Assembly: GCA_045806765.1 (NCBI GenBank)
Contig: JBJMIO010000053.1
Span: 1 to 60,459, forward strand
DNA length: 60,459 nt
DNA from: Marmoricola sp.
GTDB lineage: Bacteria; Actinomycetota; Actinomycetes; Propionibacteriales; Nocardioidaceae
Direction of reading: 5' to 3'
Shown here piece by piece: positions 1 through 9,438 of this stretch; within the stretch, counting starts at the first letter, position 1; each line of letters opens with the position of its first letter. The position numbers were made by a program, and so were the translations under genes. The notes below the pieces were generated by a model. It worked only from the letters and a program-made list of their open reading frames with translations. It did no database searches and was not told where the DNA came from.

Positions 1-732
<732 letters not shown>

Positions 733-785
733 GTCTGCGTCCTGTCGCTCGAGGTCCTGCGCTTGTGCAAGCTCTGTTTCGCCAG

Positions 786-807
786 ACGTTAGGGAGGGGC
801 CCCGACA
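786..807 (-). promoter_or_regulatory. RecA-NDp/PafBC-type DNA-damage promoter of recA
   Basis: Minus strand reads TGTCGG-N10-TAACGT, matching the TGTCGG-N10-TANNNT consensus, 54 bp upstream of the recA ATG. Confidence 0.85.
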
Positions 808-875
808 CTCGTCGTCCGCGGCGGCGGACGCCTGTGGAGATCGGCTGCTCTTCCTTGCCTGTGGAAGAACCGTAG

Positions 876-891
876 CCGAACAGGTGTTCGA
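876..891. promoter_or_regulatory. LexA SOS box at the second recA promoter
   Basis: CCGAACAGGTGTTCGA fits the actinobacterial CGAAC-N4-GTTCG palindrome; on the minus strand it is followed by a -10-like TACGGT. Confidence 0.93.
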
Positions 892-900
892 TCGCAGCAT

Positions 901-2514
901 TCAGCTCCGGCGTGTCTCGAACAGCAGTGCAGCGAACGGGGCGCCCGCATGAGGGGAGGGAGTAGGCGCCCCGTCCGGGGAGGTCCGTACCCGGAGCAAA
1001 CCGGGGCGAAACCTCTCCGGGGAGCGCCGGACGTGGATCCGGTCGGAGTCGTGGTGCCACACGACGTACCGGCCCTCGTGGGCCACCGGGTGGTACCGCG
1101 CGTCGAGCACGCTCTCGGCCGTCGCGCCGTCGACGCCCTCGGAGGACAGGCTGGTGCCGTCGACCACCACCCAGGTCGGTGCCTGCGGGGAGTCCAGCAC
1201 CCGGGTGAAGTCGAGCAGCGAGTGGTCGCGAACCAGGACCGGGAGCGCCCACAGCTCGTCGTACGGGCTGCGCAGGTGGGTGTCCCAGAGGATGTTCGGC
1301 CGGCCGAAGGCGACCACGGCGGTGTCGCCCGGCTGGTCGTGGGCCTTGAGGTAGCGCACGACCAGGGCGTCCGACGGCGGACCCTGGACGGCCTGGGCCG
1401 CACCGACGGTCGCCGCGCCGGCACTGAGGACTGCAGCCACCAGGGCACCGCCGAGAACAGCGCGCAGCGCCAGCGGTCGCTGCGCCGCGGCCGCCGCCAG
1501 CAGCACCATGCCCGGTACCAGCACGATCAGGTAGTGCAGCCAGAACCCGCCGCCGCCCGCGATCACGACGACCTCCCAGGCGAGCACGACGAGTGCCGGC
1601 CAGCGCAGGTCCGGTACGCCGGTGCCACCGTGCCGGGTCCGGCGGGCCCGCGCGACCTGCAGGCCGAGGACGAGCAGCAGCAGCGGGCACAGGCTGGCGC
1701 TCACGCTGCGCAGCAACCGGTCCAGGCGTGCCGAGCTGGCCGCGCTCGAGGTGTCGTAGATGCTGCGGGCCGCGTCGAACCGGAAGGTCACCAGGGCGTT
1801 CCACAGGCCGTCCGGGCTGGTCCCCCGGGCCGCGGAGAGGAGCAGGAACGCGGTCAGGGTGAGGACCGCGGCACCCAGGAAGACCGCACCGATGCGCAGC
1901 GCTCGCGCGCGCTCGCCGGTGAGCGCCCGGGTGAGGAGGACGACCAGCGCGAGGAGGAAGACGTCGACCGCGTTCTGCTTGACCATCGCCGCCGAGGTCG
2001 CCGCCACCCCCGCCGCCGCGGCCCAGCGCAGGGCCGTGCGATCCTCGGTCGCCGAGCACGCCCGGATGCAGGCCAGGAACCCGGCCAGCAGCAGCGGCAC
2101 CGAGAGCAGCTCGCCGTCGACGGTCATCGTGCCGAAGTCCGGCGTGGTCAGGAAGGTCGCCGCGATCACCACCGGGGCCAGGACCGCGATCCGGTGCGCG
2201 GGACGCGCGAGGCCCAGCGTCGCGGCGCGCGAGATCGCACCGGCCAGGACGACGGCGACGACCACGCCCAGGATGCCGATCACCCGCAGCGCGACGGTGC
2301 CGCCCAGCGCGGCCGCGAGACCGTGCAGCAGGATCAGCAGCGGCGGACGGTCGACCCAGTAGCTGCCGTACAGCGAGGAGCCGTGGCCCCACTGGGACCC
2401 GACGATCATGTAGCCACCCTCGTCCGAGGCCGTGGCACGCCCGAGGAACGGCAGCCATCCGAGCACGGCGGCAGCCGCCGCGACCGGGACCGCGATCCGC
2501 AGGTACCTGCGCAT
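901..2514 (-). CDS. GT-C superfamily (ArnT/PMT-like) membrane glycosyltransferase
   Basis: Many hydrophobic helices; SDEGGY...LYGSYWVDRPP after the first helix; soluble C-terminal domain. Confidence 0.7.
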   Translation of the reverse strand: MRRYLRIAVPVAAAAAVLGWLPFLGRATASDEGGYMIVGSQWGHGSSLYGSYWVDRPPLLILLHGLAAALGGTVALRVIGILGVVVAVVLAGAISRAATLGLARPAHRIAVLAPVVIAATFLTTPDFGTMTVDGELLSVPLLLAGFLACIRACSATEDRTALRWAAAAGVAATSAAMVKQNAVDVFLLALVVLLTRALTGERARALRIGAVFLGAAVLTLTAFLLLSAARGTSPDGLWNALVTFRFDAARSIYDTSSAASSARLDRLLRSVSASLCPLLLLVLGLQVARARRTRHGGTGVPDLRWPALVVLAWEVVVIAGGGGFWLHYLIVLVPGMVLLAAAAAQRPLALRAVLGGALVAAVLSAGAATVGAAQAVQGPPSDALVVRYLKAHDQPGDTAVVAFGRPNILWDTHLRSPYDELWALPVLVRDHSLLDFTRVLDSPQAPTWVVVDGTSLSSEGVDGATAESVLDARYHPVAHEGRYVVWHHDSDRIHVRRSPERFRPGLLRVRTSPDGAPTPSPHAGAPFAALLFETRRS

Positions 2515-2536
2515 GGCTCCCAGGTTCGCCCGGGCA

Positions 2537-2563
2537 TCCTGAACCGGACCTGACTGAACCTGA
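2537..2563 (-). promoter_or_regulatory. Three direct TCAGG(T/A) repeats, possible OmpR/MprA-type site
   Basis: Minus-strand TCAGGT, TCAGGT, TCAGGA at 10 and 11 bp spacing just upstream of the GT-C start. Confidence 0.4.
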
Positions 2564-2584
2564 GTGCCCCTGGCCCCTGGACCC

Positions 2585-3865
2585 TCAGGCCGGCAGCACC
2601 GGGCCGCGCAGCAGGCGGGCGGCGTACAGGGCGGCGAGGAGGGCGACGAGCGCGAACAGCGAGGCGAACCCGGCGAGGGTGGAGAAGCCGTACTCCCCCA
2701 CGATCACCCCGGAGACGCCGCCGCCCAGCGCGGCAGCCAGGCTCATCACCAGGTCCGCGGTGCCCTGGACCTGGGTCAACGCTGCCAGCGGCGCCTGCTC
2801 GGCGACCAGGGTCGAGGCGGCGACGGTCGACATCGACCACCCGAGGCCGAGCAGGAACAGCCCGCCGAAGATCTGCTGCGACATCCCGTCCGGTGACATA
2901 GCGCAGAAGGCGAGGGCGCCGAGCAGCACGGCCGCGCCGAGCGCGAGCACCACCGGGGCGCCGAAGCGGTCGACGGCCAGGCCCATCAGCGGAGCGAACC
3001 CGAACATCCCGAGCACGTGCACGCTGATCACGACGCCGATGATCTTCAGCGCCGCCCCGCCGTGCTCCATGTGCAGCGGCGTCATCACCATCACCGAGAT
3101 CATCACCGCGTGCGCGGCTGCCAGCCCTGCCATCGCGGCCACGATGACCGGGCGCTCGGCCAGCACCTCGCGCAGCGACGGCACCGCGGCGACCGGGCCG
3201 GTCCCGGACGGCACGTGCAGCGAACGCGCGAGCAGCAGCGGGTCGGGACGCATCCGTACGCCGATCACGACCGCTGCCACGACCATCCCGACGGCGCCCA
3301 GCACGAACGGTCCGGTCAGCCGCGGGATGCCGAGTCCGTCGGCGAGGTCGGCCGCGGGGCCGGTCAGGTTCGGCCCGAGCACCGCACCGATCGTCGTGGC
3401 CCACACCACCACCGAGAGCGCGCGCCCGCGACCCTGCGGCGCGGCCAGGTCGGTGGCGGCGTACCGCGAGGCGTAGTTGGCCGAGGACGTCGAGCCGAGC
3501 AGCGTCGCGCCCAGGAGCAGCAGCGGCATCGACCGGGTCACACCGGCGAGCACCGAGACCGTCGCGCCGCAGGCGCCCAGCAGGTAGCCGACCACGAGCC
3601 CGACGCGTCGACCGCGCGCGGCCATCAGCCGGGCGAGCAGCCACGACGCGCCGGCGGCACCGAGCACCTGGGCGGTCTGCGCGGTCCCGGCGAGCTCGTC
3701 GGAGCCCGAGAGGTCCTTGGCCAGCAGCGATGCGGTCGCGATCCCGATGGTGATGCCCAGCGCGCCGAATGCCTGCGCGCCGACCAGGGTGCGCACGGTC
3801 CGGCGCTGCGCGGTCTCGCGGACGTCTCCCCCGGTCCCCTCCGGGGGCTCCCCCGGCACGGTCAT
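2585..3865 (-). CDS. MFS transporter
   Basis: About 12 TM helices; LMAARGRR and GLAVDRFG motif-A-like loops; ATG at 3865 overlaps the DUF3046 stop. Confidence 0.9.
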   Translation of the reverse strand: MTVPGEPPEGTGGDVRETAQRRTVRTLVGAQAFGALGITIGIATASLLAKDLSGSDELAGTAQTAQVLGAAGASWLLARLMAARGRRVGLVVGYLLGACGATVSVLAGVTRSMPLLLLGATLLGSTSSANYASRYAATDLAAPQGRGRALSVVVWATTIGAVLGPNLTGPAADLADGLGIPRLTGPFVLGAVGMVVAAVVIGVRMRPDPLLLARSLHVPSGTGPVAAVPSLREVLAERPVIVAAMAGLAAAHAVMISVMVMTPLHMEHGGAALKIIGVVISVHVLGMFGFAPLMGLAVDRFGAPVVLALGAAVLLGALAFCAMSPDGMSQQIFGGLFLLGLGWSMSTVAASTLVAEQAPLAALTQVQGTADLVMSLAAALGGGVSGVIVGEYGFSTLAGFASLFALVALLAALYAARLLRGPVLPA

Positions 3866-4059
3866 CAGCGGTCCTTGGCCGGCAGCTCGAGGACCGACCA
3901 CACCGCGCGCCAGACCTCCTTGGCCGGGACGCCGGCGTCCAGCGCCTCCTGCGCGGTGCGTCCGCCGAGGTCGGCGATCACGAACATCGAGGCCCAGGTG
4001 TGCGCGTACGCCGGACCGAGCGCCTGCTCCATCCGCGCCCAGAGCTCGGTGTGCCTCAT
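3865..4059 (-). CDS. DUF3046 family small protein
   Basis: MRHTELWARMEQALGPAYAHTWA...LGGRTAQEALDAGVPAKEVWRAV; this family is a usual recA neighbour in Actinobacteria. Confidence 0.88.
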   Translation of the reverse strand: MRHTELWARMEQALGPAYAHTWASMFVIADLGGRTAQEALDAGVPAKEVWRAVWSVLELPAKDR

Positions 4060-4586
4060 CGGCCGATGTCGTGCAGGTGGTGCACGACGTCGTGGAGGTA
4101 GTAGGAGGCCAGGGTCGCCACGGTGAAAACCGAGCCGTTGCTGCGCCGGCCGACGCGGTCCCACTGGTCCTCGCGCACCCCGGAGAGCAGCGCGGCCATC
4201 TCGGCGGCGGCCTCGACCAGCTCGACCGAGACCACGGCAGGGTCCTGCTCGGAGTACCGGGATTCGACGGCGGTGACGTCCTGGTCCCAGTTGGCGAACT
4301 GCGGGTCGTCCTGGTCCAGCATCAGCCGGACCCGCTCGGCGAAGAGCACGTGCACGTCGCGGACGTGGCAGGCGTACTCCAGGCGCGACCACGTGGCCGG
4401 GTCGGGGCGCTCGGTCGCCCCGGCACCGTCGAGCGCGCCGTACCAGCCCCGGGTGTTGTCGTGGACCAGCCCGGGCAGTGCGCCGACCTCGACGGCCGAC
4501 GGGTCGAACCCGCACTCGGGGCAGCGCTGCTCGAGGACCCAGGTCCAGTCCTTGGTGTCAGGTTCGATCGTCTCGCCGTTGCCCAC
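4056..4586 (-). CDS. DinB family protein
   Basis: PDTKDWTWVLEQRCPECG, WSRLEYACHVRD, HDVVHHLHD; GTG at 4586 chosen because a -10-like CAGACT lies 7 nt upstream. Confidence 0.85.
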   Translation of the reverse strand: MGNGETIEPDTKDWTWVLEQRCPECGFDPSAVEVGALPGLVHDNTRGWYGALDGAGATERPDPATWSRLEYACHVRDVHVLFAERVRLMLDQDDPQFANWDQDVTAVESRYSEQDPAVVSVELVEAAAEMAALLSGVREDQWDRVGRRSNGSVFTVATLASYYLHDVVHHLHDIGR

Positions 4587-4593
4587 GAGCGAC

Positions 4594-4615
4594 AGTCTGC
4601 CGCAGGTCACCGACG
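4594..4615 (-). promoter_or_regulatory. PafBC-like promoter of the dinB-DUF3046-MFS unit
   Basis: CGTCGG-N10-CAGACT-N7-GTG. Confidence 0.45.
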
Positions 4616-4638
4616 CCCCCGGTGGGATTATTCGCACC

Positions 4639-5121
4639 ATGGGCATCACCATCCGCGAGGCGACGGAGGCCGACCTGCCGTACGTCGCCGAGATCTATAC
4701 CTACGAGTCGCTCCACGCCTACTCGACCTTCGAGACCGAAGAGCGGCCCGCCGAGGTCTGGGCGCACAAGCTCGGGACCGGCGACCCGTTCCTCGTCGCC
4801 GTGGACGGCGGCCAGGTGCTCGGCTTCGCCTACGCCTCGCCCTTCCGCGACCGGCCCGCGTACCACCGCACCCGCGAGGTCTCGGTCTACCTGCACCGCG
4901 CGGCCCGCGGCGAGGGCCTCGGCGCCCGGCTGTACGACGCGCTGCTGCCGCGCCTGGTCGAGGCCGGCTTCCACACCGCGCTGGCGCTGATCGCGCTGCC
5001 GAACAAGGCCAGTGTCGCGCTGCACGAGAACGCCGGCTTCGAGCTCGCCGGCACGATGCGCGAGGTGGGCGACAAGATGGAGCGGATGATCGACGTCGGC
5101 ATCTACCAGAAGATGCTCTGA
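4639..5121 (+). CDS. GNAT N-acetyltransferase (Pat/YncA-like)
   Basis: MGITIREAT...STFE...GFAYASPFRDRPAY...ARGEGLG...NKASVALHENAGF. Confidence 0.92.
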   Translation: MGITIREATEADLPYVAEIYTYESLHAYSTFETEERPAEVWAHKLGTGDPFLVAVDGGQVLGFAYASPFRDRPAYHRTREVSVYLHRAARGEGLGARLYDALLPRLVEAGFHTALALIALPNKASVALHENAGFELAGTMREVGDKMERMIDVGIYQKML

Positions 5122-5131
5122 GCAGACGCTC

Positions 5132-6172
5132 TCAGGATCCCAGCGCGATCGGCACCCGGCGCACGCTGAGCGTCGAGGTGTACGACGTGCCGTTGGAGGC
5201 CGTCTTGGTCGTCGTGCCGCCGCCGACGACCAGCGTGCCCGAGCGCACCGTCGCCGGGACCTCGAAGCCGAGCAGGCCGTTGGTCGGCGACGGGTCGAGG
5301 TCGCGCGGGGGGTAGTGGCGGCCGGCCTTGTCGACGAAGGTGACCTCGCCGGGAGTCAGGATGAAGGAGCCCTGCCTGCCGGGGAAGGAGTAGTAGGTGT
5401 TGATCACCAGGAACTCCTTGCCCGGGTCCGAGGGCCGCTGGGAGCCGAGGAAGAACCGGGCCTGCGCGTAGTCGACGGTGACCTGCCGGACGAACTGCGA
5501 GGACGTCCCACCGAGCCCGTCGTCGAGCGGGATGCTGGTCTGCTCGGTGATCTGGAAGGTCCGCGCGAGGGTGACCTTCTTGGCGAACGCCGGACGCGCC
5601 AGCAGCTCGATCGTGTCCGAGCCGTGGGTGTGGTCGAGCAGGGAGACCGACTGGGTGAACCCGTCGGCCGAGACGACGAGGTCGACCGCCTCGGTCCCGG
5701 GCGGGACCACCACGACGAAGGTCTTGCCGCCGTCGGGCAGCGCCTGGCTCTCGCCGTCGAGCGAGATGCGCGGCCCGAGGCTCTGCCAGTGCGCGCAGGG
5801 CTGGTCCTCGCAGGTCCAGTCGCCGACGGTGAACGCGATCAGGTTGCTTCCCTCCGGCGCACGCCGGTCGCCCTCCCTGACCGTGACCGAGTCCACCTGC
5901 GAGGCCGCGGTGACCGCGATCCCCGCGCTCTTGAATCCGATCCCCACCGGGTCGTCGAGGACCTTCGGGGAGGCGGCCTTGACCAGCTCCACGTCACCGG
6001 GCACCAGGGTGTCGAAGTGCGAGACCACCACCTCGTGCGAGCGCGGCGGGTTCGTCGAGATGGCGGTACCGATCACCGCGCCCAGCGCGATCGTGGCAGC
6101 AGCGACCGCGCCCCAGACGACGGCCTCGCGCCGCCAGCCATCGAGCTGTGCGAACCACTCCGGCTGCTTCAC
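5132..6172 (-). CDS. Hypothetical membrane-anchored beta-rich exported protein
   Basis: N-terminal TM helix, then two beta-rich regions; the C-terminal one resembles DUF4352-like folds by eye. Confidence 0.7.
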   Translation of the reverse strand: MKQPEWFAQLDGWRREAVVWGAVAAATIALGAVIGTAISTNPPRSHEVVVSHFDTLVPGDVELVKAASPKVLDDPVGIGFKSAGIAVTAASQVDSVTVREGDRRAPEGSNLIAFTVGDWTCEDQPCAHWQSLGPRISLDGESQALPDGGKTFVVVVPPGTEAVDLVVSADGFTQSVSLLDHTHGSDTIELLARPAFAKKVTLARTFQITEQTSIPLDDGLGGTSSQFVRQVTVDYAQARFFLGSQRPSDPGKEFLVINTYYSFPGRQGSFILTPGEVTFVDKAGRHYPPRDLDPSPTNGLLGFEVPATVRSGTLVVGGGTTTKTASNGTSYTSTLSVRRVPIALGS

Positions 6173-6254
6173 GCAGGCGAGCGTAGTAGGTGGAAGGACC
6201 CCGCGGCCGGTGTCCGGCTGACCAGGTCGGACGCCGGCCGCGAGGAGATCGGGG

Positions 6255-7115
6255 TCAGCCGAACCGGCCGTGCACGTAGTCCGCCGTGCGGGGGTCGCGC
6301 GGATCGCCGAACATCGCCTCGGTGCTGCCGTGCTCGACGATGACGCCGGGGGCGCCGTTCTCGGCGAGGAAGAAGGCGCACTGCTGGGAGACCCGGGCGG
6401 CCTGCTGCATGTTGTGGGTCACGATCACGATGGTGACGTCGCGCGAGATCTCACCGATGGTCTCCTCCACCACCCGGGTCGAGCTCGGGTCGAGTGCGGA
6501 GCAGGGCTCGTCCATCAGCAGGACCCGCGGCCGCACGGCGAGCGAGCGGGCGATGCACAACCGCTGCTGCTGGCCACCGGACAGGGTCGAGCCGGGTGTC
6601 CGCAGCCGGTCCTTGACCTCGTTCCACAGGCCGGCGCGGACCAGGCTCTCCTCGACCAGGGCCTCCTTCTCGGCCTTCCCGATCCGGATGCCGGTGATGG
6701 TGAGCCCGGCGAGCACGTTCTCCTCGATCGACATCGCCGGGAACGGGTTGGGTTTCTGGAAGACCATCCCGATCTCGCGGCGCGCATCGGTCAGGCGTCG
6801 CTCCGGGTCGTAGATGTCCACCCCGTCCAGGCGCACCTCGCCGGCCAGTGCGGCCGACGGGACCAGCTCGTGCATCCGGTTGAGGATCCGCAGGAAGGTC
6901 GACTTCCCGCAGCCCGAGGGGCCGATCAGGGCGGTCACCCGGCCGGCCTCCATCGAGAGCGAGACCCGGTCGAGCACCTTGCGCTGGCCGAACCACGCCG
7001 AGACCCGGTCAGCCTCGAGCCCGGCCGGTCCGGAGCCGGCCACGTGCGGGTGCAGCGCGGTGTCCGGGTGCGCCTGGACGGCGCCGGGCGGGATGTCGAG
7101 CACTTCGGTGGTCAT
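6255..7115 (-). CDS. pstB: PstB-family ABC ATPase
   Basis: GPSGCGKST, MVFQKPNPFP, LSGGQQQRLCIAR, LLMDEPCSALD, VTHNM and the C-terminal TADYVHGRFG typical of PstB; all motifs intact. Confidence 0.93.
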   Translation of the reverse strand: MTTEVLDIPPGAVQAHPDTALHPHVAGSGPAGLEADRVSAWFGQRKVLDRVSLSMEAGRVTALIGPSGCGKSTFLRILNRMHELVPSAALAGEVRLDGVDIYDPERRLTDARREIGMVFQKPNPFPAMSIEENVLAGLTITGIRIGKAEKEALVEESLVRAGLWNEVKDRLRTPGSTLSGGQQQRLCIARSLAVRPRVLLMDEPCSALDPSSTRVVEETIGEISRDVTIVIVTHNMQQAARVSQQCAFFLAENGAPGVIVEHGSTEAMFGDPRDPRTADYVHGRFG

Positions 7116-7197
7116 GGATCCTCCTGCTGGTCAGCTCAGGGTGATGGTCTGGTCGGGTCTCGGTGGCCTGTCTCGGTGGCCTGTCCAGGCGGCCCGT

Positions 7198-8697
7198 CTA
7201 GGTGGACTTCAGCGTCACCTTGGCCGCAGCGGCGGGCGAGACGAGCGCCGATCCGCCGTACACGGCGTGCAGGACGTGCTTGCCCTTCCTCAGCTTCGGC
7301 AGGACCACCACGACCACGCCCTTGCGGGCCGCGGTCAGGGTGACCCTCTTGATCAGGCGGGTGCCGTCGTAGATCGAGATCACGCCGGTCGGACCGACCA
7401 CGCCGGTGGCGGTCACCTTCACGGTCAGCCGCGCCGCCTTCGTGTGGCTGATCGTCTTCGGCGAGACCGCGTTGACCGCGTGGCCGACGGCTCTGCCGAC
7501 GACGGTGCTGTGCGACACCGAGCTGCTCGTCTCCAGCGAGGACGAGCCGTTGTAGGTCACCACGAACGGCCGGGACCCGGGAGCGAGCTTGGTGCCGGGC
7601 ACCGTGAAGGTCGCCTTGCCTGCTGCGAGCGCCACCGTGGAGATGGTGGTGGTCCCGCTCGCCAGGGTCGCCGTCCCCGTCGCGGTGGTGCCCGCGGGGC
7701 CGGTCACCGTCGCGGTCACCTTGTACGCCGTGCCGTAGGTCGCCTTGGCGGGCACCACCGAGGTGACGCTCGAGCCGACCTTGGTGATCGTGATCGGGCT
7801 GGCGGTCGAGGCGCCTGAGTTGTAGGTGGTGTCACCGCTGTAGGACACCGTCAGGGAGTGGCTGCCGCCGCTCAGGGCAGCACCCGCCACGTGGATGGTC
7901 GCAGCGCCGGAGCTCAGCGGGACGGCCGCACCGATCGCGGTCGCGCCCTCCTTGAGGGTCACCGTGCCGGTCGGGGTCGCGCCGCCACCGGTGAGGGTGA
8001 CGGGGACGTCGAAGCCGGCTCCGTAGGCGGCCGTGGTCGGCACCGTGGCGGTGATGCCGGTGGCGTCGACCTTGCTTCCGAAGACCTGCCAGGTGGTTCC
8101 GGTGACCTGGATGTCGGCGACCGCGTAGTCGTCCGAGGCCGTCTCGCCGCCCGGCTTGGAGGTGCGCAACCGGATCTCGTAGACCCCGGAGTAGCCACTG
8201 GCCGCGTCGGTCTCGGGGTAGGCGGCGATGAAGTCGGAGAGCTTGGTGTCACCGGCGGTCCCCGGGTAGACCGGCAACGTGGCGCTGACCGATCCCGGCG
8301 GGGTCGCGGGGAACGCGACGGCTGCGGTGAGCAGGCCGCCCGACCAGGAGCCGACGTACGAGCCGGAGCTCGGGGTGTAGGCGTAGAGCGCCGCCCTGGT
8401 GTCGCCGGCGCGGATCACACCGGAGGCCTGCACGTAGGCCGCCAGCCCGGAGGCCGAGGTCGTGCTGCCGCCGAAGACCTGCTGGCCGGAGGCGTTGTAG
8501 AAGGACAGCGTGCCGACCGCGTGCGGGTCGGACTTCGCGAAGCCGGTCCCCGTGCCGGTCTGCCACGGGGGCACCGAGGGGTCGGCGGCGCTCGCGCCCT
8601 GGGCGAGGACCAGGCCGGTGGTGGCCGCGGTCGCCAGGACCAGCGCTGCGGCTACGACGCGGATGCGTCGGGGTCGGCCGGTTCTGAAGGTCGTCAC
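7198..8697 (-). CDS. Secreted protein: unnamed N-terminal domain plus three Big_3-like Ig repeats, the last Lys/Arg-rich
   Basis: GTG start at 8697; signal peptide ending GASA-A; repeats of type PTGTVTL...GSHSLTVSYSGD; 499 aa. Confidence 0.8.
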   Translation of the reverse strand: MTTFRTGRPRRIRVVAAALVLATAATTGLVLAQGASAADPSVPPWQTGTGTGFAKSDPHAVGTLSFYNASGQQVFGGSTTSASGLAAYVQASGVIRAGDTRAALYAYTPSSGSYVGSWSGGLLTAAVAFPATPPGSVSATLPVYPGTAGDTKLSDFIAAYPETDAASGYSGVYEIRLRTSKPGGETASDDYAVADIQVTGTTWQVFGSKVDATGITATVPTTAAYGAGFDVPVTLTGGGATPTGTVTLKEGATAIGAAVPLSSGAATIHVAGAALSGGSHSLTVSYSGDTTYNSGASTASPITITKVGSSVTSVVPAKATYGTAYKVTATVTGPAGTTATGTATLASGTTTISTVALAAGKATFTVPGTKLAPGSRPFVVTYNGSSSLETSSSVSHSTVVGRAVGHAVNAVSPKTISHTKAARLTVKVTATGVVGPTGVISIYDGTRLIKRVTLTAARKGVVVVVLPKLRKGKHVLHAVYGGSALVSPAAAAKVTLKST

Positions 8698-8723
8698 GGG
8701 TGTGCCTCTCGTCTGCGTGGAAG

Positions 8724-9380
8724 TCAGTGGCCGGAGCCGGCGGTGGTCTCGTGCGAGGTCGCGCTGCCGTCGGTGCAGCCGGCTGTGCCGGCCGGGCCGA
8801 CGACCTTCCAGCTGCCGCCGTCGACCTTGATCGAGACGCTGTCGTAGGTGGCGCCCTCGCCGGTCTGCGGCGAGGACAGGTAGAGCCGGAGCTGGACGAA
8901 CCCGTCCCACCGCGGCGGGAAGGCGGTCAGGAAGCTCTTCAGCGCGACGTCCTGCCCGGTTGCCTGCGCCATCGGGTGGGCGGTGCTGGTGTAGTCGGAT
9001 GCCGCCGTCAGCAGCTGGCCGCTCCACTCCTGGGAGTCCGTCCCCTGCCGGGGCTGGAAGGCGTAGAGCGTCGCGCTGCGACCGGCGCCGGCGAACGCAC
9101 CCGGTGCGGCGCTCGCGCCGACGGCGCGGACGACGAACGGGGCCGTCGAGGTCGAGCCCGAGGTGACGGGCCTGCCGTCGGCCCCGCACAGCGTGAGCGA
9201 CCCCGTGGAGCTGGCGTCCCGGTAGGGAACGGTGTCCTCGCCTCCGCTCCGCAGCACCCACACGAGGACCACCACGGCCAGCACCAGCACCGCGCCCGCG
9301 CCCAGCAGGACGGTGCGCCGGCGGCCGGTGGGCCGTGCGGCACCCGGCACTGCCCGGGGCTCGGTGATGGTCTGGCTCAT
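8724..9380 (-). CDS. N-terminally membrane-anchored protein with the same unnamed domain
   Basis: ATG at 9380 with a GAGGA RBS; RRR then a TM helix; soluble part aligns by eye with the N-terminal domain of 7198..8697. Confidence 0.8.
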   Translation of the reverse strand: MSQTITEPRAVPGAARPTGRRRTVLLGAGAVLVLAVVVLVWVLRSGGEDTVPYRDASSTGSLTLCGADGRPVTSGSTSTAPFVVRAVGASAAPGAFAGAGRSATLYAFQPRQGTDSQEWSGQLLTAASDYTSTAHPMAQATGQDVALKSFLTAFPPRWDGFVQLRLYLSSPQTGEGATYDSVSIKVDGGSWKVVGPAGTAGCTDGSATSHETTAGSGH

Positions 9381-9438
9381 GGTGTCCTCGCGTGGTCGGG
9401 TGCGGTCAGGAGTGGTCGGGTGCGGCGTACGGGCCGGG

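Noticed and set aside
7158-7183. 13 bp tandem duplication TCTCGGTGGCCTG before pstB
   Set aside because: Two copies only; likely slippage.
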